Part shown: positions 47,710 to 58,017 of the stretch, piece after piece
Position numbering within the stretch: the stretch's first letter is position 1
Layout of the letters: each line of letters begins with the position of its first letter
Notes under the pieces: model-generated
Databases searched by the model: none
What the model was told of the DNA's origin: nothing
What the model saw: the letters and a program-made list of their open reading frames with translations, nothing else
Made by a program: the position numbers and the translations under genes
Assembly (NCBI GenBank): GCA_964489445.1
Contig: CAZAYU010000002.1
Span: forward strand, 205,020-269,019
Direction: 5' to 3'
From: an uncultured Planctomycetia bacterium
GTDB lineage: Bacteria; Omnitrophota; Gorgyraeia; Duberdicusellales; 4484-171
DNA length: 64,000 bases

Positions 47710-48804
47710 ATGCGTTGTCGAAAAGAGTTAGAAAAAATAAAAGGGTATCAACCGGGTAAGCCTATCGAGGAAGTGAAAAGAATGCTAAAGCTGGATGAAG
47801 TCTACAAGCTTGCTTCAAACGAGATTCCTTTTTCTCCAAGCTATATTCGTAAAGTTGTTACCTCGGAAATAAAGAATATAAATCGTTATCCAGAGTCTGG
47901 AAGCTTTTATTTGAGGAAAGCGTTAGCGTCTAAGCTTAAAGTAAAGGAAGATCAGCTAATTTTTGGCAACGGATCCGATGAGTTGATAACATTAAGCTTG
48001 CGAGCCTTTGTTAATCCTGGCGAAGAAGTAGTAGTTGCTTATCCTACATTTTTAATTTACGAAATGCAAGCAAAAATCCAAGGTGCGAGAATAAGGAGAG
48101 TTCCTTTAAAAAAATGTTGTTACTGCTTAGACGATATGGCTAAAAAGGTTAATAAAAAAACAAAAATAATTTTTATTGCTAACCCCGATAATCCTACGGG
48201 AACATATTTAACGCACAGTGAAGTCAAGGATTTTTTGAAAAAAATTCCCGATACAGTGTTAGTTTTCTTTGATGAAGCGTATTTTGAATTTGCGCCTGAT
48301 GATCGAGCCAGAACATTGGATTTATTAAAGCTGAGAAAAAATATTTTAATAACCCGTACATTTTCTAAAGCATATGGATTAGCCGGGTTACGTATTGGCT
48401 ATGGGGTTGCTAATATACAAATAGCGTTGATTTTGAATAAAATTAGGGAACCTTTCAATATTAATCGCTTTGCTCAAGTAGCGGCTGTTGAGGCTTTAAA
48501 AAATAAACTTTTTTTACAAAAAGTTATCAAGCATGCTGATAAAGAAAAAAAATATTTGTATTGTCAATTAAAAAAGCTGGGAATTTATTTTACGAAAAGT
48601 GCAACTAATTTTATTCTCGTGGATTTTAAAACAGAAACATCATTTCTCTGTGATTATTTGCTAAAGAATGGCATTATTATTCGAGAATTAAAAGGGTGGG
48701 GGCTAACTAACTTTTTTAGAGTAACTGTTGGTTATCATAATGAAAATAAAAAATTTATTAAGCATTTAGAAAGATATCTTGCTCAAAAAGGAGGCAGCCA
48801 ATGA
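47710..48804 (+). CDS. hisC: histidinol-phosphate / aromatic aminotransferase (class II PLP)
   Basis: LASNEIPFSPS and the PLP-lysine region (TFSKAYGLAGLRIGY). Confidence 0.8.
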   Translation: MRCRKELEKIKGYQPGKPIEEVKRMLKLDEVYKLASNEIPFSPSYIRKVVTSEIKNINRYPESGSFYLRKALASKLKVKEDQLIFGNGSDELITLSLRAFVNPGEEVVVAYPTFLIYEMQAKIQGARIRRVPLKKCCYCLDDMAKKVNKKTKIIFIANPDNPTGTYLTHSEVKDFLKKIPDTVLVFFDEAYFEFAPDDRARTLDLLKLRKNILITRTFSKAYGLAGLRIGYGVANIQIALILNKIREPFNINRFAQVAAVEALKNKLFLQKVIKHADKEKKYLYCQLKKLGIYFTKSATNFILVDFKTETSFLCDYLLKNGIIIRELKGWGLTNFFRVTVGYHNENKKFIKHLERYLAQKGGSQ

Positions 48805-49817
48805 TTGTTGTGTTTAAAAAAGAAGCTACTGATAAGCAAATCAATATTCTCATTAAAAGGGTAAAAGAGCTGGGCTTGAAACCAATGGTTTCCAAGGGCT
48901 CTGAGAGAACTATTGTGGGGGTAATCGGCCCAGAAGATATTGTCCGCTTGCATCCTTTGGATGTTTTTGAAGGTGTTGATAATGTGATGCCGGTGTTAGC
49001 ACCGTACAAATTAGTATCTAGGGAATTTAAAAAACAAGGAAGTGTTATTTCTGTAAATAAAAATATAAAAATTGGTACCAAAAAGATAATAGTTATAGCT
49101 GGTCCTTGCTCTATTGAAACAAAAAAGCAATTAAAAGAAATCGCTGTTAAAGTTAAGAAGTCAGGTGCGTCGATTTTAAGAGGTGGCGCTTTTAAACCAA
49201 GGACTTCTCCGTATGCTTTTCAGGGGTTAGGAGAAGAAGGCTTGAAAATACTTAAAGGTGTATCTGAAGATACTGGTTTAGCTACAGTTACAGAAGTTAT
49301 GGATACACGTGATGTTCATCTGGTGGCTAAGTATGCGGATGTTTTTCAAGTAGGTGCGCGCAATATGCAGAATTTTAGTTTGTTAAAGGAAATAGGCCAG
49401 ACAAAAAAACCGGTTATTTTGAAAAGAGGATTAAGCGCTACAATAAAGGAATTATTAATGAGCGCTGAATATATTTTATCCGAAGGTAATTTTAATGTAA
49501 TACTTTGTGAAAGAGGAATACGGACTTTTGAGGATTTTACACGTAATACATTGGATGTTAGTGCTGTTCCGGTTATTAAAATGTTGTCTCATCTTCCGGT
49601 TGTCGTTGATCCGTCGCATGCTGCTGGGAAATGGGGGCTAGTTAATCCTTTAAGCAAAGCGGCAGTGGCTTGTGGCTGTGATGGGCTTTTAGTAGAAGTA
49701 CATTCTAATCCTTGCCGGTCTTTAAGTGATGGATCGCAACAGCTTTTGCCGGAAAATTTTACTCGCCTAATGAAGGAGATAAAAAAAGTGGCGGAGGCTA
49801 TCGGCAGAGATATCTAA
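48801..49817 (+). CDS. aroF: 3-deoxy-7-phosphoheptulonate (DAHP) synthase, type I-beta with an N-terminal regulatory (ACT/FL-like) domain
   Basis: Core blocks IAGPCSIE, GAFKPRTSPYAFQGLG and the KxxD region. It is embedded in an aromatic biosynthesis operon, which argues against KdsA. Confidence 0.75.
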   Translation: MIVVFKKEATDKQINILIKRVKELGLKPMVSKGSERTIVGVIGPEDIVRLHPLDVFEGVDNVMPVLAPYKLVSREFKKQGSVISVNKNIKIGTKKIIVIAGPCSIETKKQLKEIAVKVKKSGASILRGGAFKPRTSPYAFQGLGEEGLKILKGVSEDTGLATVTEVMDTRDVHLVAKYADVFQVGARNMQNFSLLKEIGQTKKPVILKRGLSATIKELLMSAEYILSEGNFNVILCERGIRTFEDFTRNTLDVSAVPVIKMLSHLPVVVDPSHAAGKWGLVNPLSKAAVACGCDGLLVEVHSNPCRSLSDGSQQLLPENFTRLMKEIKKVAEAIGRDI

Positions 49818-49820
49818 ATT

Positions 49821-50663
49821 ATGGATATTAAAAAAATAAAAACAATCGGCATTCTAGGCGTTGGATTTATGGGGGGGTCTTTGGCTTTGGCTTTAAAAGA
49901 AATGAACCCTTCTTTACATATACGCGGTTATGCTAGAAGTAAAAAATCATACGATAAATTAAGTAAACTAAAAATCCTAGATAGTTTAACAAGTAGCCTA
50001 AAAGAGTTTATTAGAGATCTAGACATTGTTGTGTTAGCTTTACCTGTGGGTGAGATTATTAATTTTTTTAAAAAAATATCTCTTTTCTTAGATAAAAAAA
50101 TTATTATTTGTGATTTAGGTAGCAGCAAGAAGCTCATTGAAATAGCAGCAAATCGTTATCTACCAAAAAAAGTTTCTTTTGTTGGCTGCCATCCTTTATG
50201 CGGAGGAGAAAAAAGTGGAGCAGAGTTTAGCTGTCCGGATCTTTATCGAGGGTCTTTTTGTGTAATTACTTCTTCTCCTCGCAAAAAAGATGTTCAAACA
50301 ATTAAGCTAATCTGGGAGAACCTCGGCGCTCAAGTATTATTTTTTAGTCCAGACTCTCATGATCGGATTTTGTCGGCAATATCACACCTTCCGCATATTA
50401 TCTCTTTCTCCCTTACTAATTATATTCCGAATCAGCATTCAAAATTAGGTTTAGGGAGTTTGAGGGATTTAACCAGGATATCCGAATCTTCTGCTTCGGT
50501 ATGGGCAGATATATTTTTGTCTAACAAAGTAAATATTTTAAATGATTTAGATAAGTTCATAAAAGTTCTAATGCAATTCTCTTTGTTGATAAAACAAAAT
50601 AAAAAAGATCAAATCCTTGATTTAATTACTAGCGCCAATAAAAAGAAAAGGAAAATTACATGA
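49821..50663 (+). CDS. tyrA: prephenate dehydrogenase
   Basis: Rossmann motif IGILGVGFMGGSLALAL and a TyrA dimerisation domain. Confidence 0.8.
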   Translation: MDIKKIKTIGILGVGFMGGSLALALKEMNPSLHIRGYARSKKSYDKLSKLKILDSLTSSLKEFIRDLDIVVLALPVGEIINFFKKISLFLDKKIIICDLGSSKKLIEIAANRYLPKKVSFVGCHPLCGGEKSGAEFSCPDLYRGSFCVITSSPRKKDVQTIKLIWENLGAQVLFFSPDSHDRILSAISHLPHIISFSLTNYIPNQHSKLGLGSLRDLTRISESSASVWADIFLSNKVNILNDLDKFIKVLMQFSLLIKQNKKDQILDLITSANKKKRKIT

Positions 50664-51301
50664 TTGTTGCTATAGATGGCCCTGCTGGTTCTGGAAAGAC
50701 CACAATTGCCCGCATATTATCCGAAAAGATCAACTTTTCTTATTTAAATACCGGGGCTACTTATCGAGCATTAGTATACAAAGCGTTAAACGAAAGCGCA
50801 GATTTATCAAACTCTAACAATCTAGAAGCTTTGGCTAAACATTTAGAAGTCAATATAGTTAAAGATAAAATTTTTCTTGATGGAAATGATATTAGCTTAG
50901 AAATAAGGTCTCCTTATGTTGATAAGAATATATCTTTGGTTGTATCATACCCGGCGGTTCGGAAAATAATGGTTAAACTGCAAAAAAAAATTGCCGAAAA
51001 AGGGGATTATGTTGTTGAGGGTAGAGATATTACTACGGTAGTTTTTCCTGATGCTAAATTTAAATTTTATCTCGATGCTTCTCCACAGATACGGGCGGAG
51101 AGAAGATTTAAAGAGTTACAGGGTAATGGCTTGAGGATATCTTTTGTTGAGGTAAAAGAAGATCTAGAAAAGCGAGATTACGCTGATAAAAACAGAAAAG
51201 TTAGTCCTTTAAAAATTAGTAGTGATGCTTTGTACATTGACACAACGGGTTTGACTATTACTGAGTCAGCAGAAAGAATTATTTCTTGCATTAAAATATA
51301 A
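50660..51301 (+). CDS. cmk: cytidylate kinase
   Basis: IVAIDGPAGSGKTTIAR (P-loop) and Cmk collinearity. Confidence 0.9.
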   Translation: MIVAIDGPAGSGKTTIARILSEKINFSYLNTGATYRALVYKALNESADLSNSNNLEALAKHLEVNIVKDKIFLDGNDISLEIRSPYVDKNISLVVSYPAVRKIMVKLQKKIAEKGDYVVEGRDITTVVFPDAKFKFYLDASPQIRAERRFKELQGNGLRISFVEVKEDLEKRDYADKNRKVSPLKISSDALYIDTTGLTITESAERIISCIKI

Positions 51302-51466
51302 AAAATAACCGCAAAGAATATTTTTAGAGATCTGCTTTCCGATTGGTAATTGCTATTGTCAGGATAATTTTAAAAATATAAATAGAATATAGTATATTTT
51401 ATTATGGCGAGGGTAGGTGTTATTAAATTGCATGTTTGTTAATAGTTGACATTTTAAATTGAGTTT

Positions 51467-53263
51467 ATGGAAAGTAAGAAAAAAATAAGAAATTTTTGCA
51501 TCATTGCACATATTGATCATGGTAAGTCTACCTTGGCCGACCGTTTTTTAGAAATGGGTGGCGTTATGAGTAGAAATAAGAAAGAAACACAGGTTCTTGA
51601 CAATATGGAACTGGAACGAGAAAGAGGAATCACTATTAAAGCAAAGGCGGTAAGACTTAAGCTAAAATACCAGGAAGAAGATTATATTTTAAATCTTATT
51701 GATACTCCTGGGCATGTAGATTTTTCTTATGAGGTAGCGAAATCGTTGAAGGGTTGTGAAGGGGCTATTTTATTAGTAGATGCTTCGCAGGGAGTAGAGG
51801 CTCAGACTGTAGCAAATTTTTATTTAGCGTTAGAGAATGATTTAAAAATTATTCCGGTACTTAATAAAATAGATCTTCCGGGGTCTGATGTACAAAGAAG
51901 TTTAGACCAGCTTTTAGATGTGTTTGGTTTCAGGAAAGAAGAAGTTTCTTTAATATCAGCGAAAGAAGGAAAAGGGATAATTGCTCTTTTTAACAGGGTG
52001 GTAGAAGAGGTTCCTCCTCCTTCTGGTGCAAAGAGTGGCTCTTTAAAAGCAATTTTATTTGATTCTGCATATGATTCCTACAGAGGGGTTATACTTTTTT
52101 TAAGGATTTTTGACGGAGTAATCGTTCTAGGCGATAATATTTTGCTTATGCATCAAAATAGAAATTATCGTGTAGAAGAAATCGGAGTATTCTTGCCTCA
52201 ACCAGAAAAAAAGGAATGTTTAGAATGTGGGGAGGTTGGTTATATTTGCTGCAATATAAAAAATCCCCAAGAAATAGATGTGGGAGACACAATTACCTCA
52301 ATATCTAATCCAACATCTCGACCTTTCGGTAGGTTCTCTAAGATGTCTCCCATGGTGTTTTGCGGAATATTCCCCACGTCTCCCAAGGATTATCCAGCCT
52401 TGAGGCAGGCCATTGAAAAACTAAAATTATCAGATCCATCATTTAGCTACGAACCGGATAACTTAGGAAGTTTAGGCCATGGTTTTCGTTGTGGGTTTTT
52501 AGGGTTACTGCACATGGAAGTTGTCCAAGAACGTTTAGAACGTGAATATGGGCTCAACCTTGTTCTTACGTCACCGAATGTCATGTATCAGATAAAAGAG
52601 AAAGGCAATAGTGACATTAAAAATATTGAGAGTCCTCATCAGTTTCCCGATCCTTCGATAATTGAAGAAAGCTATGAGCCGTTTGTGAGTGCTAGAGTAG
52701 TCTCACCTATTGAAGGGTTGGATCCGTTGTGTGATTTAGCAAAGTCAAGGCGAGGTTTGTTTGTTAAAATGGATTATTTAGGAAAAGACCGATTAAGCAT
52801 TGTTTTTGAACTTCCGTTAGCGGAAATAATTGTTGATTTTTACAATAAGATTAAATCATTGACTAAAGGGTATGCATCTTTTGATTATGAACTTATGGGG
52901 TACCGCAAAGCGGAGATTTCTAAGATTGATATTCTTTTTAATAAAAAGAAAATGGAAGCATTCTCAATACTTGTGAATAAATCAAGAGCTGAGTCAAAAG
53001 CAAGACAGGTTGTAAATAAATTACGAGAATTAATTCCGCGACAAATGTATGAAGTAAATATTCAGGCAGCTATTGGGTCAAAAATATTTGCTTCTGCTAA
53101 AATTTCTGCGCTGAAGAAAAATGTTACTGCTAAATGTTATGGAGGAGATATCACCCGTAAAAGAAAATTATGGGAAAAACAAAAAAAAGGAAAAAAGAAA
53201 ATGAAGCAAATGGGTAATGTGAGCGTTCCCCAGAACGCATTTCTAGAGGTTCTAAGAATGTAA
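51467..53263 (+). CDS. lepA: elongation factor 4 (LepA)
   Basis: NFCIIAHIDHGKSTLADR (G1 motif), DTPGHVDF, NKID, and the LepA-specific C-terminal domain. Confidence 0.95.
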   Translation: MESKKKIRNFCIIAHIDHGKSTLADRFLEMGGVMSRNKKETQVLDNMELERERGITIKAKAVRLKLKYQEEDYILNLIDTPGHVDFSYEVAKSLKGCEGAILLVDASQGVEAQTVANFYLALENDLKIIPVLNKIDLPGSDVQRSLDQLLDVFGFRKEEVSLISAKEGKGIIALFNRVVEEVPPPSGAKSGSLKAILFDSAYDSYRGVILFLRIFDGVIVLGDNILLMHQNRNYRVEEIGVFLPQPEKKECLECGEVGYICCNIKNPQEIDVGDTITSISNPTSRPFGRFSKMSPMVFCGIFPTSPKDYPALRQAIEKLKLSDPSFSYEPDNLGSLGHGFRCGFLGLLHMEVVQERLEREYGLNLVLTSPNVMYQIKEKGNSDIKNIESPHQFPDPSIIEESYEPFVSARVVSPIEGLDPLCDLAKSRRGLFVKMDYLGKDRLSIVFELPLAEIIVDFYNKIKSLTKGYASFDYELMGYRKAEISKIDILFNKKKMEAFSILVNKSRAESKARQVVNKLRELIPRQMYEVNIQAAIGSKIFASAKISALKKNVTAKCYGGDITRKRKLWEKQKKGKKKMKQMGNVSVPQNAFLEVLRM

Positions 53264-53293
53264 ATATGAAGTAGAATTTAAGGAGTGAAGTAA

Positions 53294-53872
53294 ATGACCG
53301 AACTTAATAAAAAAAGTCAGTTAAGAGAATGGACGGAGGCGATTGTTACGGCAGCTGTCTTAACAATATTTTTAAGGACTTTTTTCTTCCAAATGTATAA
53401 AATACCCACAACGTCAATGGTTCCTACCTTAATGCCTGGTGATAAAATTTTTGTCAGTAAACTTGTTTATGGGCCCAAGATACCGTTTACTAGTCATCGC
53501 ATTCTTGGTTTTGGAAAACCAACAAGAGGAGATGTCGTGGTTTTTATTCCTCCTCATGACCGCAAGAAGGCTTACATTAAGAGGTTAATTGGATTACCAG
53601 GAGATAATTTGATGCTCAAAGAGGGAAATGTTTATATTAACGGAAAAATAATAGTTGATCCAGAGATAGCCAGAAATTTTTATTACTCAAAAGGAGAATA
53701 TGGGCAAGAAAATGAAAGTATTGTAATCCCAGAAAATAAGTATTTTTTCCTTGGTGATAATAGTATATCGTCTTTAGATAGTCGGTTTTGGGGATTTTGC
53801 GAAGAAAAGGATATTGCCGGAAAAGCAATATTTATTTGGTGGCCCCCAAGGCGAATAAGTATGATTGAATAA
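53294..53872 (+). CDS. lepB: signal peptidase I
   Basis: The SMxPT box (PTTSMVPTLMPGD), the catalytic Lys box (KRLIGLPGD) and the GDNxxxSxDSR box. Confidence 0.9.
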   Translation: MTELNKKSQLREWTEAIVTAAVLTIFLRTFFFQMYKIPTTSMVPTLMPGDKIFVSKLVYGPKIPFTSHRILGFGKPTRGDVVVFIPPHDRKKAYIKRLIGLPGDNLMLKEGNVYINGKIIVDPEIARNFYYSKGEYGQENESIVIPENKYFFLGDNSISSLDSRFWGFCEEKDIAGKAIFIWWPPRRISMIE

Positions 53873-53956
53873 ATATCTTTTATGGTTTATAATCAGTAGT
53901 AGTGGAGGGTATAAGGAGTCTTTATTCAAAGTAATGTTAGAATCAAGGAGAGGGAA

Positions 53957-54274
53957 ATGAAAAAATACTTAATGGTTTCTTTTTTTGTTTTAGTAATTAT
54001 GGGAGGATGCACTACTGTTCAAAAAGGTGCGGGTATAGGTGCAGTGGGTGGTGGAGGATTAGGGGCGATTATCGGTCATCAATCTGGTCATACTGGTGAA
54101 GGGGCCTTAATCGGCGCCGGTGCTGGTGCTTTGGCTGGCGCGCTTATCGGTGATGCGATGGAGCAAAATAAATCTGTAGTAAAGTTTTGTCCGAAATGTG
54201 GTAGACGGTTCAAAGATACTAACATGACTTATTGTCCTTATGATGGGACAGAATTAAGATCAGCTGAAGAATAA
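53957..54274 (+). CDS. small glycine-zipper lipoprotein with a C-terminal zinc ribbon
   Basis: Lipobox (VIMGGC), a Gly-zipper (GAGIGAVGGGGLGAIIGHQSGHTGEGALIGAGAGALAGALIG) and CPKCG...CPYDG. Confidence 0.6.
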   Translation: MKKYLMVSFFVLVIMGGCTTVQKGAGIGAVGGGGLGAIIGHQSGHTGEGALIGAGAGALAGALIGDAMEQNKSVVKFCPKCGRRFKDTNMTYCPYDGTELRSAEE

Positions 54275-54277
54275 AAT

Positions 54278-54853
54278 ATGCTTAAACAAATTAATGGTAA
54301 AAAGATGAGTTTTGCGGATAAGATTTCTTCTGTAAGGATTATTCTTATTCCGGTGTTTATTTCTTTACTTATTTATGCGCAGGCTAAACCATATTTGCGT
54401 TCTGTTGCTGTAGGAGTATTTATTCTTGCGATACTCAGCGATTTTTTTGATGGTTTGGTTGCAAGGATAAAGCAGGAGAAGTCGGAGTTGGGGCAGATTA
54501 TTGATCCTTTAGCTGATAAACTCTTGATGCTTTCAGCGTTTATATCGCTTTATTTACTTGGTTATAAAATTTATTTATGGGTTGTACTAGTTGTAGTGAG
54601 TAGAGATTTAATTATTCTTTTTGGTGTAGTAATTTTACATTTTTTGAAGATCGAGATCGTCATTGCACCTTCTATATGGGGAAAGCTAACAACTTTTTTT
54701 CAGATGTTTACAATTTTGTGGGTTTTAATCGGTGTTCCCTATCACTTTTTCATTTGTTTTCTGGCTGTAGTGTTTACTTTAATTTCTGGATCTGATTATT
54801 TTTTTAGAGGGGCAAAAGAAATAAATGCTAAAATTAGTACTTCCGATAGCTAG
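54278..54853 (+). CDS. pgsA: CDP-diacylglycerol--glycerol-3-phosphate 3-phosphatidyltransferase
   Basis: CDP-alcohol phosphatidyltransferase motif DFFDGLVAR...G...DPLADK. Confidence 0.85.
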   Translation: MLKQINGKKMSFADKISSVRIILIPVFISLLIYAQAKPYLRSVAVGVFILAILSDFFDGLVARIKQEKSELGQIIDPLADKLLMLSAFISLYLLGYKIYLWVVLVVVSRDLIILFGVVILHFLKIEIVIAPSIWGKLTTFFQMFTILWVLIGVPYHFFICFLAVVFTLISGSDYFFRGAKEINAKISTSDS

Positions 54854-55427
54854 CTACATCTGGGGTAGTGTTCCTTTTGGTTTTTTGATCGCTTATTGGG
54901 TAAAAGGAATAGATATCCGAAGCTTTGGCTCAGGTAATATTGGAGCTACAAACGTTTTTCGTGTGGTTGGTAGAAAATGGGGAATTATTGTTTTTATCCT
55001 TGACTTTTTAAAAGGGCTTATTCCGCCGTTTGTCGCTGCGGCACTCATTCCGGATGTTTCTGGCCGTTTGATTATTATAATCTCGCTATTGTCAGTTTGC
55101 GGACATAATTGGACTTTATTTTTAAAATTTAAAGGAGGTAAAGGTGTAGCAACAAGCTTAGGGGTTATGGTTTCCTTAAGTTTGTTTTTTCAAAATTTAG
55201 GGTTTATTTTGTTGGCGGCGTTAATTACTTGGGTAATAACATTTTTGATTTTTCGTTATGTTTCTTTAGCCTCTATTTTAGCAGGATTTATATTTGTTTT
55301 ATTTTCATTATTATTTTCTCAAGAGCTAGATGTAAAGATTATATCTTCAGTTTTTTTTATATTTATTACTCTAAGGCATAAGAACAATATAAGAAGTCTT
55401 GTGGGTAAAAAAGAGTTACGCTTTTAG
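54825..55427 (+). CDS. plsY: glycerol-3-phosphate acyltransferase PlsY
   Basis: GSGNIGATNVFRVVG motif; about 200-aa polytopic membrane protein. Confidence 0.9.
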   Translation: MLKLVLPIASYIWGSVPFGFLIAYWVKGIDIRSFGSGNIGATNVFRVVGRKWGIIVFILDFLKGLIPPFVAAALIPDVSGRLIIIISLLSVCGHNWTLFLKFKGGKGVATSLGVMVSLSLFFQNLGFILLAALITWVITFLIFRYVSLASILAGFIFVLFSLLFSQELDVKIISSVFFIFITLRHKNNIRSLVGKKELRF

Positions 55428-55539
55428 CTGGATTTATTTATGGCTAGTTTAAATATTTATCCTTATTGGCATGATCTAACAAAGGAAATTAAAAGTTATG
55501 CAAGTGTTTGTTTTTGTGTAAAGTAAAAAGGAGGCTATT

Positions 55540-56556
55540 ATGATAAATGAAAAAAACACATTAGAAAATAAAAAAAAGGCCTTGGATTTAGCTCTTTCTC
55601 AGATAGAGAAACAATTTGGAAGAGGTGCGATTATGCGTATGGACGGAAGTGTAAAAATGGATGTTGAATCTTTACCTACAGGGATTATTTCATTGGACAA
55701 GGCGACAGGCGTAGGGGGTTTAGCGCGGGGAAGAGTAATCGAGCTTTTTGGTCCGGAATCTTCTGGTAAAACTACTCTAACTCTAAGCATTATTTCTCAA
55801 GCTCAAAATTCAGCTGGAGGAACAGCCGCGTTCATTGATGCTGAACATGCATTTGATCCAGCGTACGCTCGGTTGATGGGCATAAAGTTGGAAGAGTTAT
55901 TAATATCACAGCCGGATACTGGAGAACAAGCTTTAGAAATAGTTGAGGCTTTAGTAAGGTCTAATGCCGTAGATTTAATTGTTATTGATTCTGTTGCGGC
56001 TTTAGTACCTAGGGCAGAAATAGAAGGGCAAATGGGTGACAGCCAAATTGCTCTTCAAGCACGCTTAATGAGTCAAGCTTTGCGTAAATTAACAGCGGCG
56101 ATAAGCAAATCTAAGACATGTGTGGTTTTCATTAATCAAATTCGTGAGAAAATTGGGGTAATGTTTGGCTCTCCAGAAGTTACTCCTGGAGGAAGGGCGC
56201 TAAAATTTTACTCTTCAATGAGAATTGATTTGAGGAGAATTGCGACAATTACTACTCCCCAAGGAGCGGTAGGTATTAAGGTACGCGCTAAGATTGTTAA
56301 GAATAAAGTAGCTTCTCCATTTAAGGAAGCGATTTTTGAAATAATGTACGATGAAGGAGTTTCGCGGTCTGGGGCATTAATTGATGCGGCAATTGAAGAG
56401 GGAGTAATAAAAAAATCCGGCAGTTGGTTTTCGTATAAAGATAAAAATTTAGCACAAGGTAAAGAGCAATTAAGAAAATTAATCAGAGAAGATGATCTTT
56501 TGTGTCAAGAGTTAAAAAAATCTTTAAGCGGTGAAGATGCATCCGGAAAGAAATAA
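55540..56556 (+). CDS. recA: recombinase RecA
   Basis: [26 protein letters not shown]...[17 protein letters not shown] is the canonical RecA sequence. Confidence 0.95.
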   Translation: MINEKNTLENKKKALDLALSQIEKQFGRGAIMRMDGSVKMDVESLPTGIISLDKATGVGGLARGRVIELFGPESSGKTTLTLSIISQAQNSAGGTAAFIDAEHAFDPAYARLMGIKLEELLISQPDTGEQALEIVEALVRSNAVDLIVIDSVAALVPRAEIEGQMGDSQIALQARLMSQALRKLTAAISKSKTCVVFINQIREKIGVMFGSPEVTPGGRALKFYSSMRIDLRRIATITTPQGAVGIKVRAKIVKNKVASPFKEAIFEIMYDEGVSRSGALIDAAIEEGVIKKSGSWFSYKDKNLAQGKEQLRKLIREDDLLCQELKKSLSGEDASGKK

Positions 56557-56592
56557 ATCGGCACATCTTATTTTATTTTTAGGATTTAAAAT

Positions 56593-58002
56593 ATGAAAAA
56601 TATTTTTATACTAAGTTTAATATCTTTGGTTATTTTTCTGCCGGTTAGCGTTGCTGCCCGTAATCTAGAAGAGTCAACGGTTAACATTATAGCTAAGTCA
56701 GCAAAATCTGTAGTCTGTTTAACTGGAGTAGCTACAGAAAAAGTACGGGAGGGGTTTCATTTGAATGTTCCTTTTGATAGCACTGACGAAGATATTTTCC
56801 AAACTTTTTTTAAAGACTACTTTGGGAGAATATCAAGACCAGATAATGCAGGGAGGGTTATTTTAGGAAGCGGAGTGATTGTTGACAAGCAAGGATATAT
56901 CGTTACTAACATTGACGCAGTATCCAGGGGGACAGGCATTAAAGTTCATATTTTTGGCGGAAGAGAATTTAATGCAGAAATTAAGGTTCTTGATAAAGGA
57001 AGTGGCATCGCTGTGATTAAGATAGATACTGGAGAATTGGTGTCTGTAAAAATGGGTGATTCTGATAAGCTTAAAATAGGAGAGTGGGTTGTTGCCCTAG
57101 GTAGTCCCTTGAATGTTTACTCGGATGATTCTGGACCAATAGCTAGCGCAGGGATTGTAAGTGCTCTGCGTCGATATTTGCCTTTTCTAGAAGGACAAGG
57201 AGCTAGCTATGAAGATCTTATCCAAACTGATGCCGAAATTAATCCTGCTAACAGCGGAGGTCCTTTATTTGACTTGAATGGTAATGTTGTAGGGATCAAT
57301 ATTTTGGCTTTAAATCAAAGGAAAGTGTATGGTGGCTTAGGCTTTGCAATCCCGATTAATAAAGCTAAGGGTTTTTTGGATAAACTGATAAAAGGAGAAA
57401 AAGTAGTCTATGGTTGGTTAGGAGTGAATATTCATGATTTAAATGATGAGCTAAGGAATTATTTCGGGATAAAACAAAATGAAGGTGTAATTGTGCTTAA
57501 GGTATACAGGAACTCACCTGCGGAAAAAAGTGGATTTAAAGAGGGAGACTTGATCGTATCTTTTGATAATTCTCCGGTAATCTTAGCAAGAGATTTGATA
57601 AAAGCTGTTTCTTCGACGCAAGTTGGGAAGATTATTCCGTTTAAAATTATTCGTTCAGGAAAAGAATTAATGCTGAATACAGAGATTGGAACAGCATCAG
57701 AAGGAGTGAAGGATTCGGACGAAGAGATACAGATTATGTTTCGTGGCGTGACAGTTGATAATATAAATGATGAGTATAAAAAGAAATTTAATTTGAATAT
57801 AGATGAAGGAATAGTTGTCGTAAGCGTTGAGAAGGAGCTACTAATTGAAAAAAATAGTCTTAGGCCAGGAGATGTTATATATGAAGTAGAGAATAGGAAA
57901 ATTACCAGCAAAGACGAGTTTAGGGAGATTATTCTCAAAGCAAAAAAGAATTATTTATTAAAGACTAGCCAAGGGTATGTAGTTCTTAAAAATTCTGATT
58001 AA
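56593..58002 (+). CDS. HtrA/DegP-family protein with two PDZ domains; the catalytic His and Asp are apparently replaced (predicted pseudo-protease)
   Basis: Collinear with DegP: GSGVIVDKQGYIVTNIDAV versus DegP GSGVIIDADKGYVVTNNHVV (His to Asp), GSGIAVIKI versus DIALIQI (Asp to Gly), and ANSGGPL retains the Ser. It also has a signal peptide. Confidence 0.7.
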   Translation: MKNIFILSLISLVIFLPVSVAARNLEESTVNIIAKSAKSVVCLTGVATEKVREGFHLNVPFDSTDEDIFQTFFKDYFGRISRPDNAGRVILGSGVIVDKQGYIVTNIDAVSRGTGIKVHIFGGREFNAEIKVLDKGSGIAVIKIDTGELVSVKMGDSDKLKIGEWVVALGSPLNVYSDDSGPIASAGIVSALRRYLPFLEGQGASYEDLIQTDAEINPANSGGPLFDLNGNVVGINILALNQRKVYGGLGFAIPINKAKGFLDKLIKGEKVVYGWLGVNIHDLNDELRNYFGIKQNEGVIVLKVYRNSPAEKSGFKEGDLIVSFDNSPVILARDLIKAVSSTQVGKIIPFKIIRSGKELMLNTEIGTASEGVKDSDEEIQIMFRGVTVDNINDEYKKKFNLNIDEGIVVVSVEKELLIEKNSLRPGDVIYEVENRKITSKDEFREIILKAKKNYLLKTSQGYVVLKNSD

Positions 58003-58017
58003 TCTTAACTTTATTTA

